The notes under the pieces: generated by a model
Database searches by the model: none
What the model was told of the DNA's origin: nothing
The model's input: the letters and a program-made list of their open reading frames with translations, nothing else
DNA from: Candidatus Latescibacterota bacterium
Lineage (GTDB): Bacteria > Latescibacterota > UBA2968
Direction: 5' to 3'
DNA length: 64,000 nt
Assembly (NCBI GenBank): GCA_965198115.1
Contig: OZ240241.1
Coordinates: 6,432,001-6,496,000 of the forward strand
Part shown: in pieces, positions 50,187-59,337 of the stretch
How positions within the stretch are numbered: position 1 is the stretch's first letter
Layout: each line of letters starts with the position of its first letter
Translations under genes and position numbers: made by a program

Positions 50187-51400
50187 GCGTCTTTGAAAGC
50201 GCCCTCGGTCTGGACGCGATCGTGAATCTGCGAGAATTCTGCCGAGCCGTCGTCATTCCAGACCGTGCTTCGGATGCCACGCACGTTGCCCTCGGCGAAT
50301 CCGGTCAATGCGACGGCGCCTGGGATCGATGGGGTGTACCATTTGCCCCCGGCCGGGAGGTCTAGGATGCCGACGTGTTTGGGTAGTTCGGTCTTTGGCC
50401 GGGCAGCGAGCGATTCGAGCACGTCTTCGTCGACGTCGACGCCCAGACCGGGTCCTTCGGGAACCGGCGTGCTACCGTCGCTGACTTCAAGGCGACCACC
50501 GGTGACGTCCTCCTCGCATTGATCGTCGAGGTTGGTCGAGTGAGACACGTTAGGAATGACTGCGCCCAGGTGCATGGCCATCGCCTTCGAAAGGGTACCC
50601 CCAGTGAGCTGGATGACCGTGGACAGATTCGCGACCGAGGCCGCATAGCCGCGTTTGATGGAGGTGCCGATACCCATTTCACCGATCATGTAGAGATCGG
50701 CGCATCCACCCAAGATCTCGGGCCCGGTGCCGAGTCGAGGGGTGTGCATGAGGATGGCGACAGAAAGCTGAGATCGAAGGAGACGCCAGCCTTCGAGATC
50801 TTCGGGGACGAGCGGATCCTCGATGATTCCGACAACGGGCGACTCGGCCAGTTCGTGTACGATGTGAACGACTTCGTTGCGTTTTCGGTTGTGGTTCAGG
50901 TCGTAGTGAACCTTGAAGTGGGAGGGTAGGACGTCTTCAGCGGCGCGCGTCTGCGCGAATACACAGTGATGAGCGCACGTGTGCATCTTGAAGAGGTGGT
51001 AGCCTTCGTCGACGGCACGTTGGAGCTCGAGGGCGAAGTCTTCGGGAGCCGCGGGTCGTGTCCAGGCAGCTACGGGCACGCGGTCTCTGACCTTGGGACC
51101 GATGAGTTTGTAAGCGGGAACTTCGAGGTGTTTGCCGACGACGTCGTAGATGGCGCCAACGAGACCCGTAGACAGGTCGGAAGCGAGAAAGTCGGCGGGT
51201 GACCGATCGGTCATCCCGTCGATATCGGATTCCGACAACGAGATGTGACCACGGGAGTCGCCATAGCCGACGATACCGTTGTCGGTCGTCACGCGGAAGA
51301 TCGTTTGTGTGTCGATCCCGCTGAAGCGGACCTCGTGACCGGCGTTGCGCGAAGCCAGTCGCGGGTTGATGTGGATGACTTCGACGTTGGTGATTTTCAT
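50183..51400 (-). CDS. Mandelate racemase/muconate lactonizing enzyme family protein
   Basis: TDNGIVGYG, D..GK.L.VP, FKMH, DLN, IEDP, PGLGVD. Confidence 0.8.
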   Translation of the reverse strand: MKITNVEVIHINPRLASRNAGHEVRFSGIDTQTIFRVTTDNGIVGYGDSRGHISLSESDIDGMTDRSPADFLASDLSTGLVGAIYDVVGKHLEVPAYKLIGPKVRDRVPVAAWTRPAAPEDFALELQRAVDEGYHLFKMHTCAHHCVFAQTRAAEDVLPSHFKVHYDLNHNRKRNEVVHIVHELAESPVVGIIEDPLVPEDLEGWRLLRSQLSVAILMHTPRLGTGPEILGGCADLYMIGEMGIGTSIKRGYAASVANLSTVIQLTGGTLSKAMAMHLGAVIPNVSHSTNLDDQCEEDVTGGRLEVSDGSTPVPEGPGLGVDVDEDVLESLAARPKTELPKHVGILDLPAGGKWYTPSIPGAVALTGFAEGNVRGIRSTVWNDDGSAEFSQIHDRVQTEGAFKDA

Positions 51401-51536
51401 GGTGATTTCGAAGGAATACGGCAAAGCGTCCCCGTGCGGAGCACGGGGACAAGCCCTCGCTTCGTTCCTTTAGCTATGTTAGGCGTCTCGCTCGCCCCTG
51501 TGCTCTGCACGGGGGCGCTGGAAGAACACTGGTTTC

Positions 51537-51824
51537 CTATTCTGACACCTCGAACCGCTCCGATTCGGTCGGCTTCGACCACAGATCTGGCGCACCCTTC
51601 ATGATGGCCTCCCGCTCCGGGCTCACCTTCCACGCATCGTAGATTTCGTTGCTCTCCCAGGTGACGAGTGTCGTGATCTGCGTCTCATCGGTGTGAGAGT
51701 ATAGGGTGATCCGCTTCAAGAAGCCGGGTGCCTTGCTCTGAGCGCCCCCGTTGCGATTCAGGAGATCGCGTGCTTCCTGGATTTGGTCTGCGTGTGCCCA
51801 GTGGTGGGTCAGTACTCCGATCAT
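51537..51824 (-). CDS. Antibiotic biosynthesis monooxygenase (ABM) family protein
   Basis: APGF....L, VTWES...DAW..S. Confidence 0.75.
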   Translation of the reverse strand: MIGVLTHHWAHADQIQEARDLLNRNGGAQSKAPGFLKRITLYSHTDETQITTLVTWESNEIYDAWKVSPEREAIMKGAPDLWSKPTESERFEVSE

Positions 51825-51972
51825 TGGTTCCCCCGTATATCTCGAATTGCTCACCGTTCACCCGGTGCTCCATTGCTGACAGCCGTCCTGGGTGAGAGTG
51901 TCATCCCGGTGGTGTGCTGAGCCGGGATCCATTCTCCGAGCACGATTGTACCGCACGGGAGTTCAAAAATAA

Positions 51973-53392
51973 GGCTATATCCGGATCTCTCAACGAGATG
52001 AAGTGGGTGAAGGTGCCGTGGTTCCTGGCATGGGGGCGCGGTTAGCGTGTGCGGAACCTCTTCGGAATCTGCTCAGGGATGTTTATGTCTCCGACGGTAA
52101 GGAAGATCATATCGTTGAATGCGTCGAGTGTGCGGAATCCGCTGGCTCGGTTCTTGACGATTTGGACGATTCGGTTGAGGCCTTCGGCGATGGCGTTGGT
52201 AAGACGCGTGTTCACGAATGCGAGGACGCCGAAGAAGTGCTGTCGCAGGGTCCTGACGAACTTTCGCAGGGGTTCAAGTCGACTTCTGAGTGCGGACGTC
52301 GTCCAGCATTTCAGGAAGCGTTCGGCAGCCCAGGGCGCTTTGTATTCCCAGAACTGCTCGAACTCGTCCTTGAGTCTCCAGGCTCTATAGATTCGGTAGT
52401 TCGCCTTCTCCAGTGCTTTGAGTGTCCGAGTATCCCCTCTGGAGCGTGTCGCTGAGTGCCGGTAGAGGAGCCATCGGAGGCCCTTCATGGCTTTGCGCTC
52501 ATCCGGGGCAGCTTTACGCCACTGGTCCTTACGGACCTCGTCAACGGCGGCATTGAGAGCCTTGACGATGTGAAAGCGATCGAGGACCAGCTTGGCATTC
52601 GGACAGTGTTCCTGGATGGCTCCGATGTAAGCTTCGCTCATGTCGCAGCAGGCCCACTCGATCTTGGATCTCTGGTAGGGACTGAGAGCCTCTGTGAAGA
52701 ACCGATCGATCGTTTTACGCGCCCTGCCGCGGCCAACCCACACCACGCAGGAGCGGTCCAGATCGTAAACGAGCGTGGCGTACCTGTGACGCTTGGCGTA
52801 GGAGATCTCGTCGATCCCGATGGTTTTGAGCCCTCGGATACGATGACCTTCACGAAGCCGCGTGATGGATCGGTGAAGGAGATCCGACAGCGTCGAGGCA
52901 GAGATGCGCAGTAACTCGGACGCCGCCTTCTGCGTCATGGTCTGGCAGTAGCGCAGCATGGCATACTCGAAGCGATACGTCACCCGAGAGAACCGCTCCG
53001 CCCACGGAATCTCCTCGACCACACGACCGTGGGTAGGACACCGAATCTCCCGAGGATGGTAGAGAAGCCAGACCCTCCACCCGCACACCGGAATGTCACG
53101 CCACCGACGCGGATGGGGCATTGTGCGGACGATTTTACCTCGACGGCCGCACTCCGGACAACAACAACCATTCTTATGTGGCTTTACGGCGATGACGACG
53201 CAGCTTCTCCCCTCAAACCACCAGCTGACAACACGGAACCCCTTGAATCTCAGCAGTTTCGATAGTAATCTGCTCCCGGTCATAGGTCGCACCCCCTTCG
53301 CTTTGATTGTCCTACACACACAACCAAGCGTAGGGAACGATCTATGACCTTGTCATTCTATAGTTTCACCGTTGAGAAACCCGGATAGAGCC
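51973..53392 (-). mobile_element. ISL3-family element
   Basis: IRs GGCTATATCCGGATCTCTCAACG / rc GGCTCTATCCGGGTTTCTCAACG; 8-bp TSD AAAAATAA. Confidence 0.93.
52042..53283 (-). CDS. ISL3 transposase
   Basis: CPECG zinc finger, IGIDE, CDMS..Y, DRFHIV, TNA..EG.N. Confidence 0.95.
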   Translation of the reverse strand: MTGSRLLSKLLRFKGFRVVSWWFEGRSCVVIAVKPHKNGCCCPECGRRGKIVRTMPHPRRWRDIPVCGWRVWLLYHPREIRCPTHGRVVEEIPWAERFSRVTYRFEYAMLRYCQTMTQKAASELLRISASTLSDLLHRSITRLREGHRIRGLKTIGIDEISYAKRHRYATLVYDLDRSCVVWVGRGRARKTIDRFFTEALSPYQRSKIEWACCDMSEAYIGAIQEHCPNAKLVLDRFHIVKALNAAVDEVRKDQWRKAAPDERKAMKGLRWLLYRHSATRSRGDTRTLKALEKANYRIYRAWRLKDEFEQFWEYKAPWAAERFLKCWTTSALRSRLEPLRKFVRTLRQHFFGVLAFVNTRLTNAIAEGLNRIVQIVKNRASGFRTLDAFNDMIFLTVGDINIPEQIPKRFRTR

Positions 53393-53480
53393 AAAAATAA
53401 GCCCCCTTCGACAGGCTCAGGACAGGCGGCTCAGGAGCGTACCGGGGTGACTTCGGTTTCCCAAGGGTACTGCAATTCTC

Positions 53481-54725
53481 TCACTTCTCCAGATAGTGTC
53501 CCGCCACCTTCCGCAAGGCAGCAACCGTATCCTCGATGTCCCGATCCGTGAAACTGGGACGCATGCCCAGTTGAATGCCTCGTCCCATCAACGCCTCCCC
53601 GTTCGGACACCGTGTCTGTTCATAGTCGATCGGGGTATCGCGGTCGTGGTCCAGGGGAAAAAGGCTGTCGCCATAGAGGTCTGGCTTGGCGAGAAAGGGG
53701 TTGCGGTAGAGCGGGCCTTCACGACCTGAACCGATGTAGGGGCCCATGAAGGGGACCCCCTCGGTGGATACGGCTTCGGCGAAGTCGTAAGCAGTGCAGC
53801 CAAGCCGTTCGGTGTCGATCGTTAAGCTCAGCACCCAGTAGGTGTGGCGGTCTCCCTCGCGGACCCGCTGAGGCGTAAACACGTCGAGGTCGTTGACGCC
53901 GTCGATGATGGCGTGTGCTGCTTGGACCTTGCGCTCGATATAGCCGTCCAGTCTCTCCAGCTGGGATAGTAGGACCGCAGCGGTCATTTCGTTGATCTTG
54001 TAGTTCGGCGCGAGAAAGTAATTGGCGTAAGGACGTCCTTCGAGGGGACCCTTGGGGCGCGGAAGAGCAGCATCGCGAAACAGAACAGCGCGTCCCCACA
54101 GCGCCTCGTTGCTGGTAAGGACCATACCACCACCACCCGCGGCGAGGTGCTTGCTACCGAAACTATAGCCGGCAATGTCACCGATCGAGCCCACACGCCG
54201 GCCCTGGTATTCGGTGTCGTGCGCCTGTGCACAGTCTTCGATCAGGACAAGCTCGTGACGGTGAGCGATGTCTTTCAGGTCGTCCATCGCACAGGCGTTC
54301 CCGAACAGATGGACGGCTATGATGGCGCGTGTGCGGGAGGTGATCTTGGATTCGACGTCGGCAGGGTCGAGGGTGTAGGTGTCGTCGACGTCGGCGAAAA
54401 CGGGAACGCAATTCTGCAGCAGGAGGCCGATGACGCTGCCGCCCGAGGTCCACGGTGTGACGATGATTTCATCACCTGGATCGGGATTGATGGCGGCGAC
54501 GCACGTGTGCATGGCCGATGTGCCGGAGTTGACGGCCACGCCGTGGCTCACTCCGTGTCGAGTAGCGAACGCTGTTTCGAACACCTCACGGCTGTCGCTG
54601 TTGAATCCGGATCGAAGTACCTCGGCGGCGGCCTCGATGTCTGCATCGCCGTAGTCGTGGGTGGGACCCTCGAAAGGATCCGTACGAACAGGTTGCCCAC
54701 CGTGTAGCGCCAACGTCTCAGCCAT
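53481..54725 (-). CDS. DegT/DnrJ/EryC1/StrS PLP aminotransferase
   Basis: NSGTSAM, PVFADVD, VHLFG, IEDCAQAH, SF..KH. Confidence 0.92.
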   Translation of the reverse strand: MAETLALHGGQPVRTDPFEGPTHDYGDADIEAAAEVLRSGFNSDSREVFETAFATRHGVSHGVAVNSGTSAMHTCVAAINPDPGDEIIVTPWTSGGSVIGLLLQNCVPVFADVDDTYTLDPADVESKITSRTRAIIAVHLFGNACAMDDLKDIAHRHELVLIEDCAQAHDTEYQGRRVGSIGDIAGYSFGSKHLAAGGGGMVLTSNEALWGRAVLFRDAALPRPKGPLEGRPYANYFLAPNYKINEMTAAVLLSQLERLDGYIERKVQAAHAIIDGVNDLDVFTPQRVREGDRHTYWVLSLTIDTERLGCTAYDFAEAVSTEGVPFMGPYIGSGREGPLYRNPFLAKPDLYGDSLFPLDHDRDTPIDYEQTRCPNGEALMGRGIQLGMRPSFTDRDIEDTVAALRKVAGHYLEK

Positions 54726-55019
54726 AGGGGTTCGCTCGGAGGATAAGTTGTTAGCTTGTCAGTCGTCAGGAAAGACTGGAGAATCTCACGATCGCGTAAT
54801 TCGGGAAACCTACACGATGTGGTGAGGTCGATCATTCGGGCTTCGGGGACTTTGAACACGAAGACACGAAGGGAAACTTGGAGGGTTAACCACCGTTCAT
54901 CCTGAGTAAACGTCTGGCAAGACCTAAAGGTTGTCCTTACACAAGGTATTGATCGTTGTATCGAAGGACGAGCGGTGTCTGGGCCCAATGTATTGACGTA
55001 GCCTGGCTGACAACTCTAG

Positions 55020-56060
55020 TTAAGCGCAATTGACGAAATGGTTCGCTCCTTCGTCATCCAAAGGCAGGTCGACCCAGGCACCATTTCGATGATGGGAAAC
55101 GTGGAAGGCCGAAATGGCCTCCGCGACATTAATCGCATCGCTCGGGTTGTAGGAGAAGGGCGCGGTGTCGTCAAGCCACTCGACGATTCCTGCGACGGCG
55201 CGGTCCATCGAACTGGGGCCGGGAGGCACGGGTGAAAATTGTTCTACGTTCCCGGCCCAGTCGTCGATGGCGACGGCGTTTCCGTCGGTGATCGCTCTGG
55301 CCTCTGTTCCGTTGATGGCGATGTAGAAGGGGCTGCGTGAATAATCGGATGCATCGACGGTGACCATCAGCCCGCCTTCCATTCGCATGATTCCCCACGC
55401 TCCGTAATCAGCGAACTCGTCGCCGCGACAGTCGGGCTTGCCCGCGAAGTCGAGCGTACCTGTCACTGCCTCGATCTGTCGCCCGACGTGCATGTGCATG
55501 GCGTCGATAACGTGCGTGCCGACGCCTGATAGGCGACCTGTGGGCCACGCAATGTTCACAGAGGTGAGATCGCCCAGATCTCCGTTTGCAATCCGGTCAC
55601 GAAGCTGATGGCCGTTCGGATTGAAGCGCCGGTTGTGGTTGATGACGAGCAGGGCGTCGCGCTCCCGACACGCTTTGAGCATAGCCCGCGCTTCTGCGGC
55701 TGTTGTGGCGATCGGTTTCTCACAGTAGACGACTCGCGCTTCTGCTTCGAACGCACCAATCGTCATTTCAGCGTGAACAGGGGCATAGGTCGCGACGCTC
55801 ACGATGTCGAGCGATTCCTTTTCCAGCATTTCCTGCCAATCGTCGTAAACGTTGGCATTCGTCCGCGCCTGAAATCGATCACGGCGGCCCTGGTCCCGAC
55901 TGCTTCCCGCGACGATGTCGATCTGATCGTGGCCGTTCAACGCAACCAGATGCGTTCCGTCCAGGTCTTCGACAAGCTGACCCAACGCATCACCAGAAAT
56001 CTGATCGGCCCCACCGATGAAGCCGAGACCCATGATGCCTGCTCGATATCTCTCTGCCAT
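55020..56060 (-). CDS. Gfo/Idh/MocA oxidoreductase
   Basis: GLGFIG, CEKPIA, INHNRR, GTHVID. Confidence 0.88.
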   Translation of the reverse strand: MAERYRAGIMGLGFIGGADQISGDALGQLVEDLDGTHLVALNGHDQIDIVAGSSRDQGRRDRFQARTNANVYDDWQEMLEKESLDIVSVATYAPVHAEMTIGAFEAEARVVYCEKPIATTAAEARAMLKACRERDALLVINHNRRFNPNGHQLRDRIANGDLGDLTSVNIAWPTGRLSGVGTHVIDAMHMHVGRQIEAVTGTLDFAGKPDCRGDEFADYGAWGIMRMEGGLMVTVDASDYSRSPFYIAINGTEARAITDGNAVAIDDWAGNVEQFSPVPPGPSSMDRAVAGIVEWLDDTAPFSYNPSDAINVAEAISAFHVSHHRNGAWVDLPLDDEGANHFVNCA

Positions 56061-56151
56061 AGCTCTCAATCCTTTGTGTGACAGTGCAGATTAGGAAATT
56101 ATGAAAATAGGGAATCGGGAAATTTCCTAATGCGCCAATTTCCTAATGGTC

Positions 56152-57204
56152 TCAGACCCACCCGTGTTCTTGGTTGATCCGCAGACCCGATGTCTGCGTG
56201 TTCCACGAGAGTCCGCTGTCGAGGACGACTTCACGTCCGGTGATGGCGGACTGCTCGCCCGCGTAGAGGATTTCCATGATGTGACGGCCCCAGTGACCGT
56301 CGGTAGGCGGCTCGAGATCTTCGCGGATAGCTTTGGCGAAGGAGCCCCACTCGTGGTGCATATCCTCTTCCTGATCGTCGAAGGGGACGTCGTGCCAGTC
56401 TTCGTCGCGACCGACTTTTACGTATTTCTCGTAGTGCTGACAGAACCGAAGGGTCCCGTTCGCGCAGATGACGTGACACTCGTGACAGGGCCCGCCGTTC
56501 GCGTAGCCGATGGCAATGGCGTGGCCGGCGAGACCGTTTTTGTAGCGGATGAAGGCGCTGGCCGAGTCGTCGCCGGCCTGATAGTGGGCGCGCGTTCCGA
56601 TGGATGCTGAGACCGATGCCGCCTGAGATCCCATGACCCAGGTCAGGCGGTCGACGACGTGGACGCCGTTGGTCAGCCACATTCCGCCGCCGTGATAACG
56701 GCTCCGATACTGGGGCCGTCGCCCTGGGTAGCTCCAGTTTTTGGTCATGTAGCTGATGGCGGTGATGACGGGTCCGAGTTCGCCCGAATCGAGAATCTCT
56801 TTGGCTTTGAGGCTCGTGCCATAGTAGTGCATGGACAGACCCAGCATGAGCTTGACACCGTTTCGATCGGCCGCTTCGATCATTTCGTCGCACTGCTGAA
56901 TGTTGATGGCCATCGGCTTTTCGACGAGGACGTGCTTACCGGCGTTGCAGGAGTCGATGACGAGTTGGTGATGCAGCTGGTGTCCTAGAACGACCCCCAC
57001 TGCCTCGATGCTGTCATCTTTGAGGAGATCGGTGTGGTAGGAATAGCTCTTCGGAATGTCGTACTCGCCCACATGGTGCTGCCGCCGATCTTCGAGTAGA
57101 TCGGCGACGGCGGCGACTTCGACGTTGTCGAGCGTCGAGATCGCGCCACAGTGCTTTCTGGCGATACCGCCGAGTCCGATGATGCCGACACGAAGGGTGC
57201 TCAT
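56152..57204 (-). CDS. Gfo/Idh/MocA oxidoreductase
   Basis: VGIIGLG, GKHVLVEKP, GGG....GVH..D. Confidence 0.92.
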   Translation of the reverse strand: MSTLRVGIIGLGGIARKHCGAISTLDNVEVAAVADLLEDRRQHHVGEYDIPKSYSYHTDLLKDDSIEAVGVVLGHQLHHQLVIDSCNAGKHVLVEKPMAINIQQCDEMIEAADRNGVKLMLGLSMHYYGTSLKAKEILDSGELGPVITAISYMTKNWSYPGRRPQYRSRYHGGGMWLTNGVHVVDRLTWVMGSQAASVSASIGTRAHYQAGDDSASAFIRYKNGLAGHAIAIGYANGGPCHECHVICANGTLRFCQHYEKYVKVGRDEDWHDVPFDDQEEDMHHEWGSFAKAIREDLEPPTDGHWGRHIMEILYAGEQSAITGREVVLDSGLSWNTQTSGLRINQEHGWV

Positions 57205-57220
57205 TGCGTCTCCTTAAACC

Positions 57221-57327
57221 TTTAGACCACCCCTCACATTCGTTCGGGGCAGGCTACACACACGGAAAAGACAACCACGAAATACACGAACGGGTGCGTA
57301 CATCGGCATCGAGGCCCTATTCGAGGA
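57221..57327 (+). repeat. Nonamer/bipartite motif with a nested module
   Basis: TTTAGACCAC[CCCTCACATTCGTTCGGGGCAGGC]TACACACACGG ... ACCACGAAATACACGAACGGG-15nt-CGAGGCCCTATTCGAGGA. Confidence 0.7.
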
Positions 57328-57423
57328 TGAGAATCGAGACAAATCGATACGGTAGGGGTCGACCCGGTTGCCCACACTGCTTCAACTGATGAAGACAAAT
57401 CGCATTCGATAAGCACACCCGAG

Positions 57424-58470
57424 CTACATAGGACGGGGAGCTGGAGCTCCCATGGGATGTGGTCCGTTCGCGACGGGGTTCTGCCGCGCGTGGTCGTAGA
57501 CGGCGTCCTGGACCTCGAGGATCCGGACGGCCTGCGCAATCGAGGGTGTGAACGGTTTCCCTTCAGCGATCGCGTCAAGGCCCTTCTCCAAGATGGCGGT
57601 CATGCGCGAGCCGTGTGACAAGTCCTCGTGAACAGTGATGCCGTCGGAAGTATGGACCTCGACGTGAGGTTTGCTGTCGTGATCGTAGAGTTGAAAGATC
57701 TGGGCGCGTGTACCGATGAATCTGAAGAAGTGATCGCCGCTTCTGCCATTGGCACCACCGATCGACCAACTGTAGCCGGATTCGATGATGCCGGTGACCC
57801 CGGAAGCCGTTCGCAACATCCCGACACCCGAGTCCTCTACCTCGCGCCGGTGCTGAGCGTTGGAGATGACGGCACCCACCACCGTGACTTCATCGTCTCC
57901 AGCGAATTGAAGAAACGTGTCGATACCGTGAGCCGATTCCGTTGCCCAGCACCCGCCGCCCGATATGGACGGGTCGTTGTGCCAGTAGGACGGCGTCGGA
58001 TCATAACGCTCGGGCGGACCATTGTTGAGCCGGCTACTGTAAAGTACGAGATCGCCGAAGGTCCCGTCTGCAATCGCTTCTGATACGATCTGAACGACGT
58101 GGGATTCCCGATTCGGAAGGGTCAAGGCACTGATGATGCCCGCCTTTTCGGAGGCCTCGGCCACCGGCCGGATACGGTCAGCACAGTCCGCAAAAGGCTT
58201 GTCGAGCAGATAAGGGATGCGACGATCGACGCACGCCTGAATGTGATCGGGAATTTCGGTGTGCTTGCCCGTGACGATGGCGGCGTCAGGTTTCGTCTCG
58301 TCGAGACAGGTTGCGGCTGTTTCGAAGCCGGGACAATCGAGTTCTTCCACCAGTCGTTGCCGGGGCTCTTCTTCTGGATCGAACACACCGACGAGGTCGT
58401 GACCCATGTCGCGCACTTTGAGCGCGATGCTTCGACCGTGGTGACTGAATGAGAGCGCGGCGACTTTCAT
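57424..58470 (-). CDS. Gfo/Idh/MocA oxidoreductase
   Basis: LLDKP, SGGG....SAHGID. Confidence 0.82.
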   Translation of the reverse strand: MKVAALSFSHHGRSIALKVRDMGHDLVGVFDPEEEPRQRLVEELDCPGFETAATCLDETKPDAAIVTGKHTEIPDHIQACVDRRIPYLLDKPFADCADRIRPVAEASEKAGIISALTLPNRESHVVQIVSEAIADGTFGDLVLYSSRLNNGPPERYDPTPSYWHNDPSISGGGCWATESAHGIDTFLQFAGDDEVTVVGAVISNAQHRREVEDSGVGMLRTASGVTGIIESGYSWSIGGANGRSGDHFFRFIGTRAQIFQLYDHDSKPHVEVHTSDGITVHEDLSHGSRMTAILEKGLDAIAEGKPFTPSIAQAVRILEVQDAVYDHARQNPVANGPHPMGAPAPRPM

Positions 58471-58473
58471 ACG

Positions 58474-59337
58474 CTACGTCCCGAAGAGATCCTTGAAGAC
58501 TCCGATGCTTTCGTGGAATCCGTCTTCGAACGTGCCGTTTTCGGGCCGGTAAACACTCTCGTAGGAGATGCCTCCCTCGTAGCCGTCACGCTTCAGGGCG
58601 TCGGCGATGTCATTCATGTAAGCCGCTACGTCGCCCTGACCGAGTGGGCGGAAGTCGACGGTCGCGTGTGAGATGTTGGTAACGGCATCTTTGATGTGGA
58701 TGTGGCCGATGTGTTCGCGGATCTGCTCGTAGGCATCGGGATAAGGGATGTCAGTGCAGTACATCGTATTGGGGATGTCCCATAGGACTCTGAGCCTGGG
58801 CGAGCCGATCTCCTCGATCAGTTTCGCGGCCAGCCATCCAGATGTGATCATCGAATTATTCCCGGTCTCGCCGACGAGGGTGATGCCTTCCTCCTCGGCG
58901 ATCGAGACGGGCACCTCCATCAGCCGAAGCAGACGATCCCACGCCCCACCGCTGACGATCCAGTCCTGCGCACCGTTCGATCCGAAGATGATCATCTCCT
59001 TACGACCACTCATGATGCGAACCATCGACACGTCGAGCGCCTTGGCCATTCTGATGCACCGTTTCAACCCGTCGACATGCTCGGTGAAGGTCGGCCCGTC
59101 CAGGTCTGTCTCGAGGACAGGCAGTCCCGCGAAATTGTGGCGCGATATGCACGAAACGGTCACGTGGTGCTGGTCGAGGAAGCCGCGCATGCGCCCGATC
59201 TCCTCGACGTTGTGATCGCCAACTTCGCGGTCCCAGACGTACTGGAGCTCGGCCTGCGACAGTCCTGCGTCGGCCAGCACGTTCACCGCGTGTTCGAAAT
59301 CCTGGCTAATGCCGTCGGTGATAACTCCCAGTTTCAT
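58474..59337 (-). CDS. Sugar phosphate isomerase/epimerase (xylose isomerase-like TIM barrel)
   Basis: MKLGVITDGIS, ET, WD..N, HIHIKD, G.GDV, SYE. Confidence 0.88.
   Translation of the reverse strand: MKLGVITDGISQDFEHAVNVLADAGLSQAELQYVWDREVGDHNVEEIGRMRGFLDQHHVTVSCISRHNFAGLPVLETDLDGPTFTEHVDGLKRCIRMAKALDVSMVRIMSGRKEMIIFGSNGAQDWIVSGGAWDRLLRLMEVPVSIAEEEGITLVGETGNNSMITSGWLAAKLIEEIGSPRLRVLWDIPNTMYCTDIPYPDAYEQIREHIGHIHIKDAVTNISHATVDFRPLGQGDVAAYMNDIADALKRDGYEGGISYESVYRPENGTFEDGFHESIGVFKDLFGT

Larger units (their letters stand above)
51899..53451. repeat. Family A element, copy 6, split by ISL3
   Basis: Left arm TGTCATCCCGG..GCCGGGATCCAT at 51899; right arm GCCC[CCTTCGACAGGCTCAGGACAGG]CGG..TACCGGGGTGAC at 53401-53451. 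Confidence 0.78.

Noticed and set aside
54726-55019. Possible small gene or riboswitch upstream of the DegT gene
   Set aside because: No convincing ORF or known RNA motif was recognised; only a nonamer repeat at about 54853.
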